A stretch of 64,000 bases of DNA from Promethearchaeota archaeon. Lineage in GTDB: Archaea > Asgardarchaeota > Lokiarchaeia > Sigyniarchaeales > SOKP01. The stretch lies in assembly GCA_048938895.1 (NCBI GenBank), contig JBHLLU010000006.1:54367-118366 (forward strand), written 5' to 3'. The stretch's first letter is position 1; each line of letters opens with the position of its first letter. The notes under the pieces were generated by a model. The model was given only the letters and a program-made list of their open reading frames with translations, was not told the origin of the DNA and searched no databases. Positions 9,601 through 18,802 of this stretch are shown here, one piece after another. Made by a program: the position numbers and the translations under genes.

Positions 9601-10793
9601 CAACAAATTTTTATAAGGCTATTAGTGTCACTATTGAAACTTCAGTGAATTCTTCAGTTGAAAAGCTCGATTTAGAAGCACTGAATGTTTATACTAATTC
9701 ATTTGAAAAATTAGGTTCTATCAATAATAGCATTGAGACAAACCATACCTTTTATTTTGATATGAATCATAACTATATCGATCAGATGAATAGAATTAAT
9801 TTAAGAATAGTTGGATATAATTCATCCTATAATAGTAACTATAATTTAAGTATTGATAATTTAAGATTTGGGCTTTTAAGCTCAGTATATTCAACCAATT
9901 CTTCAACTTGGCCTACATTTGAAATTGTTGGAGTAATAGAAGCTCCTACACTACATAATAGCGAAAAGTATAACTGGTATGCTGGCTTTGAAACTGGTTA
10001 TGATATTAGTGGAAATACAATATACTTAAGTTATGAAAACGCAAGAAATATAGTTTATCCTTCTTATAAGGGTGCTGATTATTCAAGCGATTTAGTTACT
10101 TCGGTATTAGTTCATTGCGATAAACCAGAAAATATTTCAGCTTATAGAAATACACTTTTTCAAAATCTTCATTTCATGGCAGGAGGATATTGGTCAATCA
10201 TAGATCTCAAAAGCTTCTCTCTTGCAATTAGAACGAATGTCTACGATTGGTTTGCATGGGTGCAAAAGGGAGTACACGATGAAGACGTTCTTGAAGAAAT
10301 TGTTACTTATATAGAAGACCGAGGTTTTCTTATAATATTTGCTTTTACTAGATCCTTTGCAAGTTCTATTTTCAGAACAATGATTAATCTTGTTACGTTC
10401 ATAACTAATGGATTACTTATGTTTTCTATAATAATTGCGATGATAGGATTGACACTTCACAGCCTGCTGACAACTATGGCTCGTAGGAGAGAAATAGGAA
10501 TGCTGAGGGCAATAGGGTTAAGTAAAAAAGGAGTAATACATTCAATTTCCGGAGAAACGTTAATTTTAGCACTTCTAGGTGTATTTACTGGAATTTTTTC
10601 TGGAATAGCTCAAGGATCTTTAATGGTTGATGCAATGCCCTCAGGTGGTTTTCTTAGCGTTACTTGGACTATTCCATGGCTAACAATCGGTATTTTAGTG
10701 GCAACAGTTTTAATTACAGTAATTCTTAGCTCACGTTATCCCGCAAAATGGGCAGCAAACTTGAATATTATAGATGCGGTGAGAACAAGATAA
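6636..10793 (+). CDS. FtsX/MacB-type ABC permease, duplicated architecture with very large extracytoplasmic domains
   Basis: ISLRNMKRRKLRYILT start, two FtsX repeats (EYETGMFQAIGAS; RRREIGMLRAIGLS), C-terminal YPAKWAANLNIIDAVR. Confidence 0.92.
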   Translation: MGVILKISLRNMKRRKLRYILTTLTLVISVALFGGVMIVSDSFNEMMLETFDKQMGTADILIKPANSTNGWFNPIEINNEIEDIKHVESIAYRIVGFNVYVSATDSGNQVDNSTRTMINGIDPQDSDERALGSEPFILDSVIDGKIVEDLLDYVDPINNNSVIVISESLKIKLGKDFKAGDSVWILPVNGTLLGYNPMDTGTWQEYTVTAIIRDIGEARDFDPENPSESSMFAEGPGIYASINNTRRMVDGTGEHTDEFNLAVVGVDNIYSVSSVTEEITSRLAALNDERDWRVNDLKSDSLEMIETSMSTMRTMFMMFGVIALTLSVILMMNIFNIIKKEQEYETGMFQAIGASKSETFKMFLTQGVVMGIVGALIGTAFSYLISYVIFSVTLETIQSIASQMGGFTISDFTIVVYPTTLITTFVIGLIACIVASLYPSWKASRKPIIECLNPIEEKSKREKKHYIRRLVFFILGGLLLVGGLILTYSGTESTTQIQTGAGPPQGMILSMFAPILVLFGIIWLLALSIKPFNRTFVYLFSPYLRKTRLLTEKNILRHRRRTTLTFTMIAITTSFLIGMSVMMDSMRAGIHTTVNDFMGADIRVFTYNTPRSFEVGLLNQTGVDDVMGVSHQNAQIHIEGEWIGHSLLESEFNTSITANVLETDKIKEHMKKTQIISPSSMSLNEMMNEIASGNKIIIDENFAKDYDVDIGEIIPVKFTLGTTFANLTAMLDQDTTNAQEDTLVVNMTVVAVVRSIQGFSTVDIMGFLSEGKTYNVFISWETYENIANKNLPGGGTDLAFRQLTQTGNPMLDIVLPNWFNFSTIETILNSITGIEYYTTRMDYYSPTAFNGIPIDYMSSITGIHINSSGRLRSDSYFGNNSVMAQKVGYSGETMEELLNTAQRVCVVDEIFMMLNPSIAIGDNISIFPQQFVPTIIDASEFISTIIPYLANFTSISGSTGNLTLSDDVYLSVESNQQWLAFNITTSLLPTNFYKAISVTIETSVNSSVEKLDLEALNVYTNSFEKLGSINNSIETNHTFYFDMNHNYIDQMNRINLRIVGYNSSYNSNYNLSIDNLRFGLLSSVYSTNSSTWPTFEIVGVIEAPTLHNSEKYNWYAGFETGYDISGNTIYLSYENARNIVYPSYKGADYSSDLVTSVLVHCDKPENISAYRNTLFQNLHFMAGGYWSIIDLKSFSLAIRTNVYDWFAWVQKGVHDEDVLEEIVTYIEDRGFLIIFAFTRSFASSIFRTMINLVTFITNGLLMFSIIIAMIGLTLHSLLTTMARRREIGMLRAIGLSKKGVIHSISGETLILALLGVFTGIFSGIAQGSLMVDAMPSGGFLSVTWTIPWLTIGILVATVLITVILSSRYPAKWAANLNIIDAVRTR

Positions 10794-10815
10794 TTAAAAT
10801 TAAAAGGTGTAAAAT

Positions 10816-11616
10816 ATGGCAGTTGAAGAGAAAAAATTAAGGATGAATAAACAACGCAGAGCAACGGCAAAAGCAATTAACATTGATCCAGACATTGTTC
10901 TTACTGTGCAAGATCTCACTAAAACTTACACTGTTGGTAGTTCAACAATTACTGCACTGAAAAATGTTAACCTTACAGTCAAAAAAGGTGAATTTATCGC
11001 TGTTGTGGGACCTTCTGGTTCAGGAAAAACGACTTTAATTAACTGTTTGGGAGCGCTTGATTTTCCAGACTCAGGTAAAATTATTTATAATGTTGATGCG
11101 AAAGGAATGGGTCTCGATCTAGGAGTAATGACAAATAAACAGCACAAAAAGATGCGATTAAGAAAGATTGGATTAATTTTTCAATTCTACAATCTTTTCC
11201 CAATTCTTACAGCTTATGAAAACGTGGAACTTCCTATGGTTATCGATAAAATTGATCCTAAATCAAGAGAAGAAAAAGTTAAAAGACTTCTTAAGAGAAT
11301 TGGACTCGAAGAACGAATGGAACATTTACCAACGCAAATGTCAGGTGGAGAACAACAAAGAGTAACAATTGCTAGAGCATTAGTTAACGATCCTCTTATA
11401 ATTCTTGCTGATGAACCAACAGGTGAGCTTGACACAGAAACAACTACAAATATTATGAAAATTTTCCTCGAATTAAAAAACGCAGGGGAATCAATATTGA
11501 TGGTTACACATAATTTAAGGATAGCTGAGGTAGCAGATAAGATTATCACTCTTACTGATGGAGAATTTACAGGAGAAAAAAGTGGGGGAAAAGCATTAGA
11601 GGATATTTACAAATAA
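10816..11616 (+). CDS. ABC ATPase (LolD/MacB-type)
   Basis: GPSGSGKTT, MSGGEQQR, ILADEPTGELD, VTH. Confidence 0.95.
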   Translation: MAVEEKKLRMNKQRRATAKAINIDPDIVLTVQDLTKTYTVGSSTITALKNVNLTVKKGEFIAVVGPSGSGKTTLINCLGALDFPDSGKIIYNVDAKGMGLDLGVMTNKQHKKMRLRKIGLIFQFYNLFPILTAYENVELPMVIDKIDPKSREEKVKRLLKRIGLEERMEHLPTQMSGGEQQRVTIARALVNDPLIILADEPTGELDTETTTNIMKIFLELKNAGESILMVTHNLRIAEVADKIITLTDGEFTGEKSGGKALEDIYK

Positions 11617-11635
11617 AATATAGGAGGATTAAAAG

Positions 11636-12400
11636 ATGAAAAAATCAAAAAAGAGGAACAATATAGTCCCTACGATTCAAGAAGAAAAAAGCTATGAATT
11701 AAATTCTGAAGCAATGATCCAGACATTTGATTTAGCAAAAATCTACAACATTACTGAAGGTATTGAAATTAGAGCTTTAAACGGAGTAAGTATTGATGTC
11801 AATAAAGGTGAATTTGTTTCTGTTATGGGACCTTCTGGTTCTGGAAAAACTACACTTTTAAATATGATTGGTGCTCTTGATAATCCTACTCATGGTGCTG
11901 TCTATATAAACGGAACAAATATAGCTCATATGGATGATACACAACGTACAAATTTAAGACTTAAAGAAATTGGGTTCATCTTTCAGTTCTATAATCTTGT
12001 ACCAGTTCTTTCTGCGTATGAAAATGTCGAATTACCAATGGTGTTTGCGGGGAAACATAAACGAGAGATTGAAAAAAATGTTAATAAATTTATAGATCTA
12101 GTAGGATTAGGCGATAAAAAAGATCATCTTCCCTCAGAATTATCAGGTGGGGAACAACAGAGAGTTGCGATTGCACGAGCATTATGTAATGAACCTTCCA
12201 TTTTAATTGCTGACGAGCCAACTGGTGAACTAGACACTAAAATGGGTATGGAAATCGTTAAATTATTACGCGAACTTAATATAGAACTGAATCAAACAAT
12301 TTTAATGGTCACACATGATCCATCAGTAGGTGCTCTTGCTGAAAGAATGCTAAAAATGCGAGACGGAAAAATTATAGAAACTATAATTACTAAAAATTAA
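11636..12400 (+). CDS. ABC ATPase (LolD/MacB-type), second paralog
   Basis: GPSGSGKTT, LSGGEQQR, LIADEPTGELD, VTHD. Confidence 0.95.
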   Translation: MKKSKKRNNIVPTIQEEKSYELNSEAMIQTFDLAKIYNITEGIEIRALNGVSIDVNKGEFVSVMGPSGSGKTTLLNMIGALDNPTHGAVYINGTNIAHMDDTQRTNLRLKEIGFIFQFYNLVPVLSAYENVELPMVFAGKHKREIEKNVNKFIDLVGLGDKKDHLPSELSGGEQQRVAIARALCNEPSILIADEPTGELDTKMGMEIVKLLRELNIELNQTILMVTHDPSVGALAERMLKMRDGKIIETIITKN

Positions 12401-12591
12401 AATCTAATTTTATTTTATATATATTACTTTCTTTAAATCTATTTTTTTTAATAATCTGATTTTTCAATAGTAGGAACACGTTCCCATTATTTCTAAAGTC
12501 ATGTTAAAACTTTAATTTAGATAAAAAATATAACCTAATTAATTTGTAAACCTATCAATATAAATAATAAAATAAGACTAAAGGCGACATT

Positions 12592-13851
12592 ATGTTCCAA
12601 GAGAAAATTATAAATGATGAAATTCTTGAGAAGATGTCATTGGCAAATGTATTCAAAATTTTTAATGACAATGTTTCTCCAATGCTAAACGCAGAAGAAC
12701 GTGAATTTTGTAATGATCTTCAAGAAGTTTGCTTAGAAATAAATTCTAAAATTGATCGTTCAAAGGATGTATATGGATTGCTTCCCGAACTTGGAAAATA
12801 TGGTTATATACAGCGAATTAATCCTTGGAGAGAATTTAAACCTTATGGAATGAAGAAGGAAATATTATTAGGCGCTCATATTTCGATGTTGGATGCGCAA
12901 TTAGAATTAGCGCGTGTTGCAAGTGGAATATTATGCGGAAATCCGACTTTTCATTATTATGAACATGGAGGAGAGTCTGAAATAGCCCGTAAAGTTCAAG
13001 ATGAATTATTATCGGGGAAGAAAATAGGATGTATCGGGATCACTGAACCTGAAAGAGGTTCTGATGCAGTTAACCTGACAACGACATGTACAAAAACAGA
13101 TGATGGTGTCATTTATAATGGAGAAAAAGTATATACTACCAATGGTCCTAAAGCTGATTATTTCTGTTGTTATGGAGTTTATGACACATCAAATCCAAGA
13201 GACACTATGGTACAAAGTATTATTGCGCGTGAATTTGGGGTTAAAACTGAACGTCTAAAAATTAATAGTGTTCCTAGAGTACATATATCGCATACAATAT
13301 TAGATAATGTTAAGGTTCCTTATGACTATGTTCTTGCTGATAATGGATTAGGGTATAAAAGACTTTTCGAAGGTTTAGTACCTGAAAGACTTTCGATAAT
13401 GGGAAGTGGTGTAGGAATTTGTTGGGCAGGCATTATTTATGGTATTATTTACACCAATTTAAGAAAACAATTTGGTAAACCTGTAATACGATATCAAGGT
13501 GTTGGATACGGTTTAGCTGATCTATTAACAAAAACCAATGCCGCAACTACATTAGCTCTCCAAGCAGCAACTGTGTATGACGATAAAATCTTATTTACAG
13601 ACCAACCTTCACAAGAAGCAGCAAAATGGGCAGCAGCAATTTCATCCCAAGGTAAATATTACTTAGCAAAGTTAACTCATGAAGTTTGTTATGAGGTGCA
13701 ACAACATGTAGGAGGCATTAGCGTTACAGATAATACCTTAATTGATGAACTGACTGATGTGAGTAAAATTGAAGAAGTTATCGGTGGAGCAAGAAACATA
13801 CAGCTCCTTTTAATTCAAGGGCAAATTCAAAGATATTTAAGCTTATTGTAA
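12592..13851 (+). CDS. Acyl-CoA dehydrogenase
   Basis: GCIGITEPERGSDA, NGEKVYTTNG, RKQFGKPVIRYQGV, EVIGGARNIQ. Confidence 0.93.
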   Translation: MFQEKIINDEILEKMSLANVFKIFNDNVSPMLNAEEREFCNDLQEVCLEINSKIDRSKDVYGLLPELGKYGYIQRINPWREFKPYGMKKEILLGAHISMLDAQLELARVASGILCGNPTFHYYEHGGESEIARKVQDELLSGKKIGCIGITEPERGSDAVNLTTTCTKTDDGVIYNGEKVYTTNGPKADYFCCYGVYDTSNPRDTMVQSIIAREFGVKTERLKINSVPRVHISHTILDNVKVPYDYVLADNGLGYKRLFEGLVPERLSIMGSGVGICWAGIIYGIIYTNLRKQFGKPVIRYQGVGYGLADLLTKTNAATTLALQAATVYDDKILFTDQPSQEAAKWAAAISSQGKYYLAKLTHEVCYEVQQHVGGISVTDNTLIDELTDVSKIEEVIGGARNIQLLLIQGQIQRYLSLL

Positions 13852-13860
13852 TTTACTTTT

Positions 13861-14307
13861 TTATTTTCTTTTTAATATTTCTTTAGCCGGAAAAGCTAAG
13901 CCTAAAATGAGAAGAGTAGCTCCTGTCACAAACGTAATCATACTTCCACCAAGATATCCTATATAAATTTTATAAATTATAAAAGTCCCCCAAGTGATAG
14001 TTCCTGCAATTAGGAGTGCATACCAAGACCATTTTTCACCTTTGCGATAGCACTTCTGAGTAATAAAAATTATCAGAACACCATTTCCGAGGAGAATAAA
14101 TCCAATTAATTTTTTTGTAATGATGTATATCTCCGCAAATTCAGGATTACTTGCTAAATAGTAGGAGTATGACTGACCTGTGTACCATTTGAAATCACTC
14201 ACAAACATAATTTCAGTTACAAATATCCATAGAATTGCCATTATTAAAATAAAAAATCCCATGAATATCATAAAAAATGAACCAATTTCTAGTTTTGATT
14301 TTTGCAT
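13861..14307 (-). CDS. Four-TM membrane protein, unknown function
   Basis: Four hydrophobic segments with RKGEKWSWY loop. Confidence 0.75.
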   Translation of the reverse strand: MQKSKLEIGSFFMIFMGFFILIMAILWIFVTEIMFVSDFKWYTGQSYSYYLASNPEFAEIYIITKKLIGFILLGNGVLIIFITQKCYRKGEKWSWYALLIAGTITWGTFIIYKIYIGYLGGSMITFVTGATLLILGLAFPAKEILKRK

Positions 14308-14400
14308 TTTTCTCAGTGAAATCCATAAAATTGATATAATTTAATGTTAGTAATAAGTTTTAAAAGGATTTCTTAAACTCTAAATTTTGTTTTTATTTCA

Positions 14401-15210
14401 TTAAGAGGTTAATACTAGGCTAAAAATAGATGTTATAATTGATTTCAAGCCAACAATTATAAGAAAACAAAAAATAATAATCTGAAATTTCTTTACTGGT
14501 ATTTTTGGAGTGACTTTTTGCCCGATTTTGGTACCAACAAATATAATCGGGAAGGCAAAAATAAAAACCAACAATAAATCGTAGGGAAATATTCCATCCT
14601 TAAGAAAGTAGAAGGGGATTCTTGAAACTGATAACACTGTCCCAATAGCGCCAAAATTTTCAATAAATCTTTCTCGATAATGTCCAGTCTTCTCTAATAA
14701 TGCCACATTAATAGGACCTGCTGCGGAAATCAAGCCCGTTAATAATCCGTAAGAAGCGCCCCCTAAAATTATTAATGCAGAGGAATTCCCAATACTAGCA
14801 TCTTGTTCTTCTTCTAAAACATTAGTTTCATTAAGATAAGATCGATTTAATAAATATTGAATAAGTTTAATGGAAGAATAGGAACATACGAATATACCAA
14901 AAATTAATTCTATCCATTCAAAACAAATGCCTATTATTAGGTATGTAGCAAGAATTGTTGCAGGTACTCCCAATGACAAGAACCGATAAAAATACCCTTT
15001 ATCCAGATATTGTCTATATTTAATAAAATTGAGAAAAGCAGGGAATGTACCCCACAGATTTACAAGTATTACAGCATTTTTAATACCAATTATTGGACTA
15101 ACAATAGGAATTAAAATTAAAGCATCCCCAAATCCTACAATTCCATATATCATACTTGATAAGAATATAGGAAATAAAATCAGGTAGATCATCATATTGT
15201 TAAATTTCAA
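14401..15210 (-). CDS. Sulfite exporter TauE/SafE family protein
   Basis: GIVGFGDALILIP and GLLTGLISAAGP repeat motifs, about 8 TM. Confidence 0.85.
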   Translation of the reverse strand: MKFNNMMIYLILFPIFLSSMIYGIVGFGDALILIPIVSPIIGIKNAVILVNLWGTFPAFLNFIKYRQYLDKGYFYRFLSLGVPATILATYLIIGICFEWIELIFGIFVCSYSSIKLIQYLLNRSYLNETNVLEEEQDASIGNSSALIILGGASYGLLTGLISAAGPINVALLEKTGHYRERFIENFGAIGTVLSVSRIPFYFLKDGIFPYDLLLVFIFAFPIIFVGTKIGQKVTPKIPVKKFQIIIFCFLIIVGLKSIITSIFSLVLTS

Positions 15211-15272
15211 AATACTTTTTTTAAAAAAAAAGTTGAGATTAATAGGTAGAGTAAAGACCTAATAAGTATATT

Positions 15273-16667
15273 TCAGGTTTTCTGGTATAGATATCTATCG
15301 TATGTTGCAAAAATAACCTTATTCGTGGTTTGGTCTTTAATAAATCTAATTCCTTCTCTCATCATTGGTAAAGTACTACAGATACTAAAAGACAAATCCT
15401 CCAATTTTTTTGGAATTAAAGGAAAGCTCATAAAACCATCATCAACCTCAACATCTGCAAACAGGACAGGGCCTTTAAGATATATTTTCATTTCATATAA
15501 ATTATGGGAGGATTTGTATGTACCGGTGATTTCATCAACGATCAATCTGGTTTTTAATTCCTTTACATGTATTTCTGGATCAAGATCAAGCATTACACAT
15601 AATGCAGCTCTCCCGATAGTCGATACTATACCAGTACATGAATTTTGTCCCACAGAAACTCCCACTTTCTTTTCAGGAATGAGTCCCAAAAAAGCACAAC
15701 TTGTTCCCAATCCTCCCCCGTGATGAACGAAGGGATAGGGATAATAATCATTTTCTAAAGTCCATCCCAAACAATATCTGGGATCATTTCCATATCCATA
15801 GGGACTTGAAATTCTTGGAGTCCATAGTTCTTGAAAAAATTGAGAAGAAAGCAGTATCTGATTTCTATAAATTCCTCCTTCAAGAAGGCATTGAGCATAA
15901 TTCATCATTTCTTCCATTGAAGCATATAAACCACCAGGAGCATCTAGATAGTTATACAAAGGGACTGGCTTCTGCTCGGGTACCCAATCCTTATCTAGTT
16001 TTTTAGGCAAATAGCCTGTTATTTTATCATTTAAAGGATCATTTTCAAAATCTTCCTTTAAAAACACAGCACGTTTCATTTCAAGTGGATCTAGAATCTC
16101 CTTCTTAATAAATTGTGGATAAGAATATCCTGAAATTTTTTCTATAATAAAACCTAAACATGTGAACATGTCATTATTATAAAAAAATTTCTCCCCCGGT
16201 TTAAAAATAATAAATTCTTCAGGTTCACCAAGATGTGCAATAAAATCTTCTTTTGTGGTTGCAGGAAATACTTTTTTGTAATCACCAAATGTATAGAACA
16301 TTGAAGCAAGGCTTCCATCAGAAGCCGGAACACCGCTAGAATGTGATAAAATATGCTTGATTTGAATGTCAGGATGGGAAGTAAACGGCGCAAACTCAAG
16401 ATATTTAGATACCGAATCCTCGAGAGAAATCTGATCCCTTTCTACTAATTTCATAATAGCCAATGCAGTTAAGGATTTTGTTATACTACCAATCCCGATA
16501 AGCGTTTGTGGAGTCATTGGTAGAAATCTCTCGAGATTTCTAGCACCAAATCCTTTTGAAAATACAATCTCATTTTCTTGAAAAATGCTTATTGCCAATC
16601 CAGGAACCTTGTATATTCGCATATATTCCCGGATAATTTTTTCTAATTTTAGAAAATCTTCCTTCAT
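15273..16667 (-). CDS. Beta-lactamase-like serine hydrolase (class C/AmpC-like family)
   Basis: GSITK (SxxK), LSHSSG, FFYNN (YxN), HGG. Confidence 0.92.
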   Translation of the reverse strand: MKEDFLKLEKIIREYMRIYKVPGLAISIFQENEIVFSKGFGARNLERFLPMTPQTLIGIGSITKSLTALAIMKLVERDQISLEDSVSKYLEFAPFTSHPDIQIKHILSHSSGVPASDGSLASMFYTFGDYKKVFPATTKEDFIAHLGEPEEFIIFKPGEKFFYNNDMFTCLGFIIEKISGYSYPQFIKKEILDPLEMKRAVFLKEDFENDPLNDKITGYLPKKLDKDWVPEQKPVPLYNYLDAPGGLYASMEEMMNYAQCLLEGGIYRNQILLSSQFFQELWTPRISSPYGYGNDPRYCLGWTLENDYYPYPFVHHGGGLGTSCAFLGLIPEKKVGVSVGQNSCTGIVSTIGRAALCVMLDLDPEIHVKELKTRLIVDEITGTYKSSHNLYEMKIYLKGPVLFADVEVDDGFMSFPLIPKKLEDLSFSICSTLPMMREGIRFIKDQTTNKVIFATYDRYLYQKT

Positions 16668-16679
16668 TAATATTCCTCT

Positions 16680-17420
16680 TTAATACATTTCATTGATTTT
16701 TTTTTGAGGATCTTTTTTCCTTTTACCAAAAAGAATTTTTTTATTCTTCTCTACAAATTTCCAACCAAATCCTGTTAACTCATTAAGTGGACCTTGGATC
16801 CCCTTTGGGTTTCCCGTTTTAGTGTACAATATTTCAGTTCGTTTAATTGCTTTAAACACTTGATATGGAGTTTTAAATTTATCAATCAATGCTTTTGCTT
16901 TTTTAGGCCCTATATCTACTAAACCTTCGATGATAAAAGATCTTCTTTCTTTTTTAGCCATTTCCTTAGGAGCTTTTCTTGATAATAGCGGCATACCATC
17001 CTTTATTTGTTCCCGGTATGCGATTCTTTCAATTGCGATTACAGTATCTTCTAGATTTCGAGTAGGGATTATTGAAATTCCTAGTTTATATGATATATAT
17101 GAAAGAGCACCATATATTGACGAGATGTTCATACCCGTGTTCTCGAAAACCTTGTCATTTAAACCTTCAAGTATCAGTATCGGGTATTGATATGTATCTT
17201 TTAGTCTTAATAACTGCTCAAATAGTCGATTATCCATAATTGAGGTTACAAAATCAAAACCTTCCTTTCTTTCAATTGCCACCTCACTCGAGATAACAAT
17301 ATCTGCAATATCCAATTGTTTTGATTCATAGGTAATTTTATCTTTTTTCTTATCTAACAAAGCTTTCAGTTTATTTTCTCTATGATCAATAATTATATGC
17401 ATTTGTTCAACTTGATTCAT
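16680..17420 (-). CDS. xpf: Short XPF/ERCC4 structure-specific endonuclease with HhH and PIP-like tail
   Basis: IIIDHRE, ADIVIS...AIERKEGFDF, RLFEQ, LILEG, HhH GIGPK-like (DIGPKKA); no helicase domain. Confidence 0.88.
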   Translation of the reverse strand: MNQVEQMHIIIDHRENKLKALLDKKKDKITYESKQLDIADIVISSEVAIERKEGFDFVTSIMDNRLFEQLLRLKDTYQYPILILEGLNDKVFENTGMNISSIYGALSYISYKLGISIIPTRNLEDTVIAIERIAYREQIKDGMPLLSRKAPKEMAKKERRSFIIEGLVDIGPKKAKALIDKFKTPYQVFKAIKRTEILYTKTGNPKGIQGPLNELTGFGWKFVEKNKKILFGKRKKDPQKKINEMY

Positions 17421-17527
17421 AAGGCTAATTAAAATTACACTAGTTGGATATTAAATATTTAACATTAGTATTATTAAAGGAATAATTTTGAATCATAGAA
17501 ATAAAAAGTCAAACTCATATAAATTTA

Positions 17528-18781
17528 TCAGTCAATTTTAAAGAAGTAAAAGAAATAAAAGAGCACAATCAGAATAAGAATAAATCCTATAGTAATTTTA
17601 AGTGATTTCTTAATTAAATAACCATAAGGAATAATTTTCTCATGAATTAAGTTATATTCTTCAAAAATCATACTGGTGTTTAGTATCCCATACCCTTGAG
17701 AATATTTATCTAATTCTAAATCTATAGAATACTTCTGTAGTAAGTTAAACAGATCATCATGAGATAAATGTGGTCTATATTCCTTAATAAGAGCGATTAA
17801 GCCAGTACCGATTGCAGCAGACACACTCGACCCTGTGACTGTCGTTTTTAAATCTTCTGATAACGGAATTTCTATTTTTGATCCTGGTAAGCAGAAATCT
17901 GGTTTTAATCTATTATCCACCGTTGGACCTCTTCCACTATATTCGGCAACACTGAAATTTTTAGTAATGGATCCTATAGATATTACCTTATTGGCGGCAG
18001 CAGGGCTACCTATTGAATTTGGATCAGGACCATAATTTCCAGAAGGACATACAATGATAATCCCCCTATCCACTATCATATCGCATGCTTTTGATAAAAT
18101 ATCTTTACCGTCTGAAGGATTCTTCGTGATCAAAGATATTAATAATACATCAAGCTTGATTTCTTGTGCAATGATTATATCTAAAACTCTAAGAATATCT
18201 GAAAAATAAAATTCATTTTCTAAATTTGAGATATCAAAATCGATCAATTTTGAATCAGGAGCAATACCAATAGATATTAAATTTTCTGTTATAAATTGAT
18301 TATTGATTATACTTGCCATTATGGTCCCGTGTGTAATCTGGTTTCCTCGGTATTTCTTTAAATCACCACTATTTCTTATATGTTTTACATTATTAGTAAT
18401 TGAAGGGAAAGTATCATCTATTCCATCATCTATAATGCCTATAGTTACATTTTTACCAGTGTGAGTAACTTGTGAGGATTTAATCCTCTTTAAATCTAAT
18501 ATAGTATCTATTTCTGAAATAGTAGGATATAATTGTTGGTCTTCTTCAATTCGCTTTATTAATATTTCTTTTTCAAATGCTAATATTTCATCTTTCTTTA
18601 ATTTTAGAGAAATAGAAGGGATACAATCAATTTTATTTAAAATGTCCAAATTTTTGTTTTTAGTAATAAAATTATCTCTTTTCTTAATTTCATCAAATGA
18701 GAGGATTATTTTGACTAGGATTTTTTCATCTAGATTTTTAATCCGTTTTTGAAGGATTGAATCGATTTTTTGATTTTTCAT
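17528..18781 (-). CDS. S8 subtilisin-like protease with prodomain and C-terminal TM anchor
   Basis: IIDDG (Asp), HGT (His), SGN oxyanion, TGSSVS (Ser); hydrophobic C-terminus. Confidence 0.88.
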   Translation of the reverse strand: MKNQKIDSILQKRIKNLDEKILVKIILSFDEIKKRDNFITKNKNLDILNKIDCIPSISLKLKKDEILAFEKEILIKRIEEDQQLYPTISEIDTILDLKRIKSSQVTHTGKNVTIGIIDDGIDDTFPSITNNVKHIRNSGDLKKYRGNQITHGTIMASIINNQFITENLISIGIAPDSKLIDFDISNLENEFYFSDILRVLDIIIAQEIKLDVLLISLITKNPSDGKDILSKACDMIVDRGIIIVCPSGNYGPDPNSIGSPAAANKVISIGSITKNFSVAEYSGRGPTVDNRLKPDFCLPGSKIEIPLSEDLKTTVTGSSVSAAIGTGLIALIKEYRPHLSHDDLFNLLQKYSIDLELDKYSQGYGILNTSMIFEEYNLIHEKIIPYGYLIKKSLKITIGFILILIVLFYFFYFFKID

Positions 18782-18802
18782 CTTGTTTCAAAAAGCTAAT
18801 TT

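Noticed and set aside
15273-16667. Antibiotic-resistance beta-lactamases (also 46128..47165 and 62127..63632)
   Set aside because: Only fold-level motifs are present; these families are mostly esterases, peptidases or other hydrolases, and none has a signal peptide.
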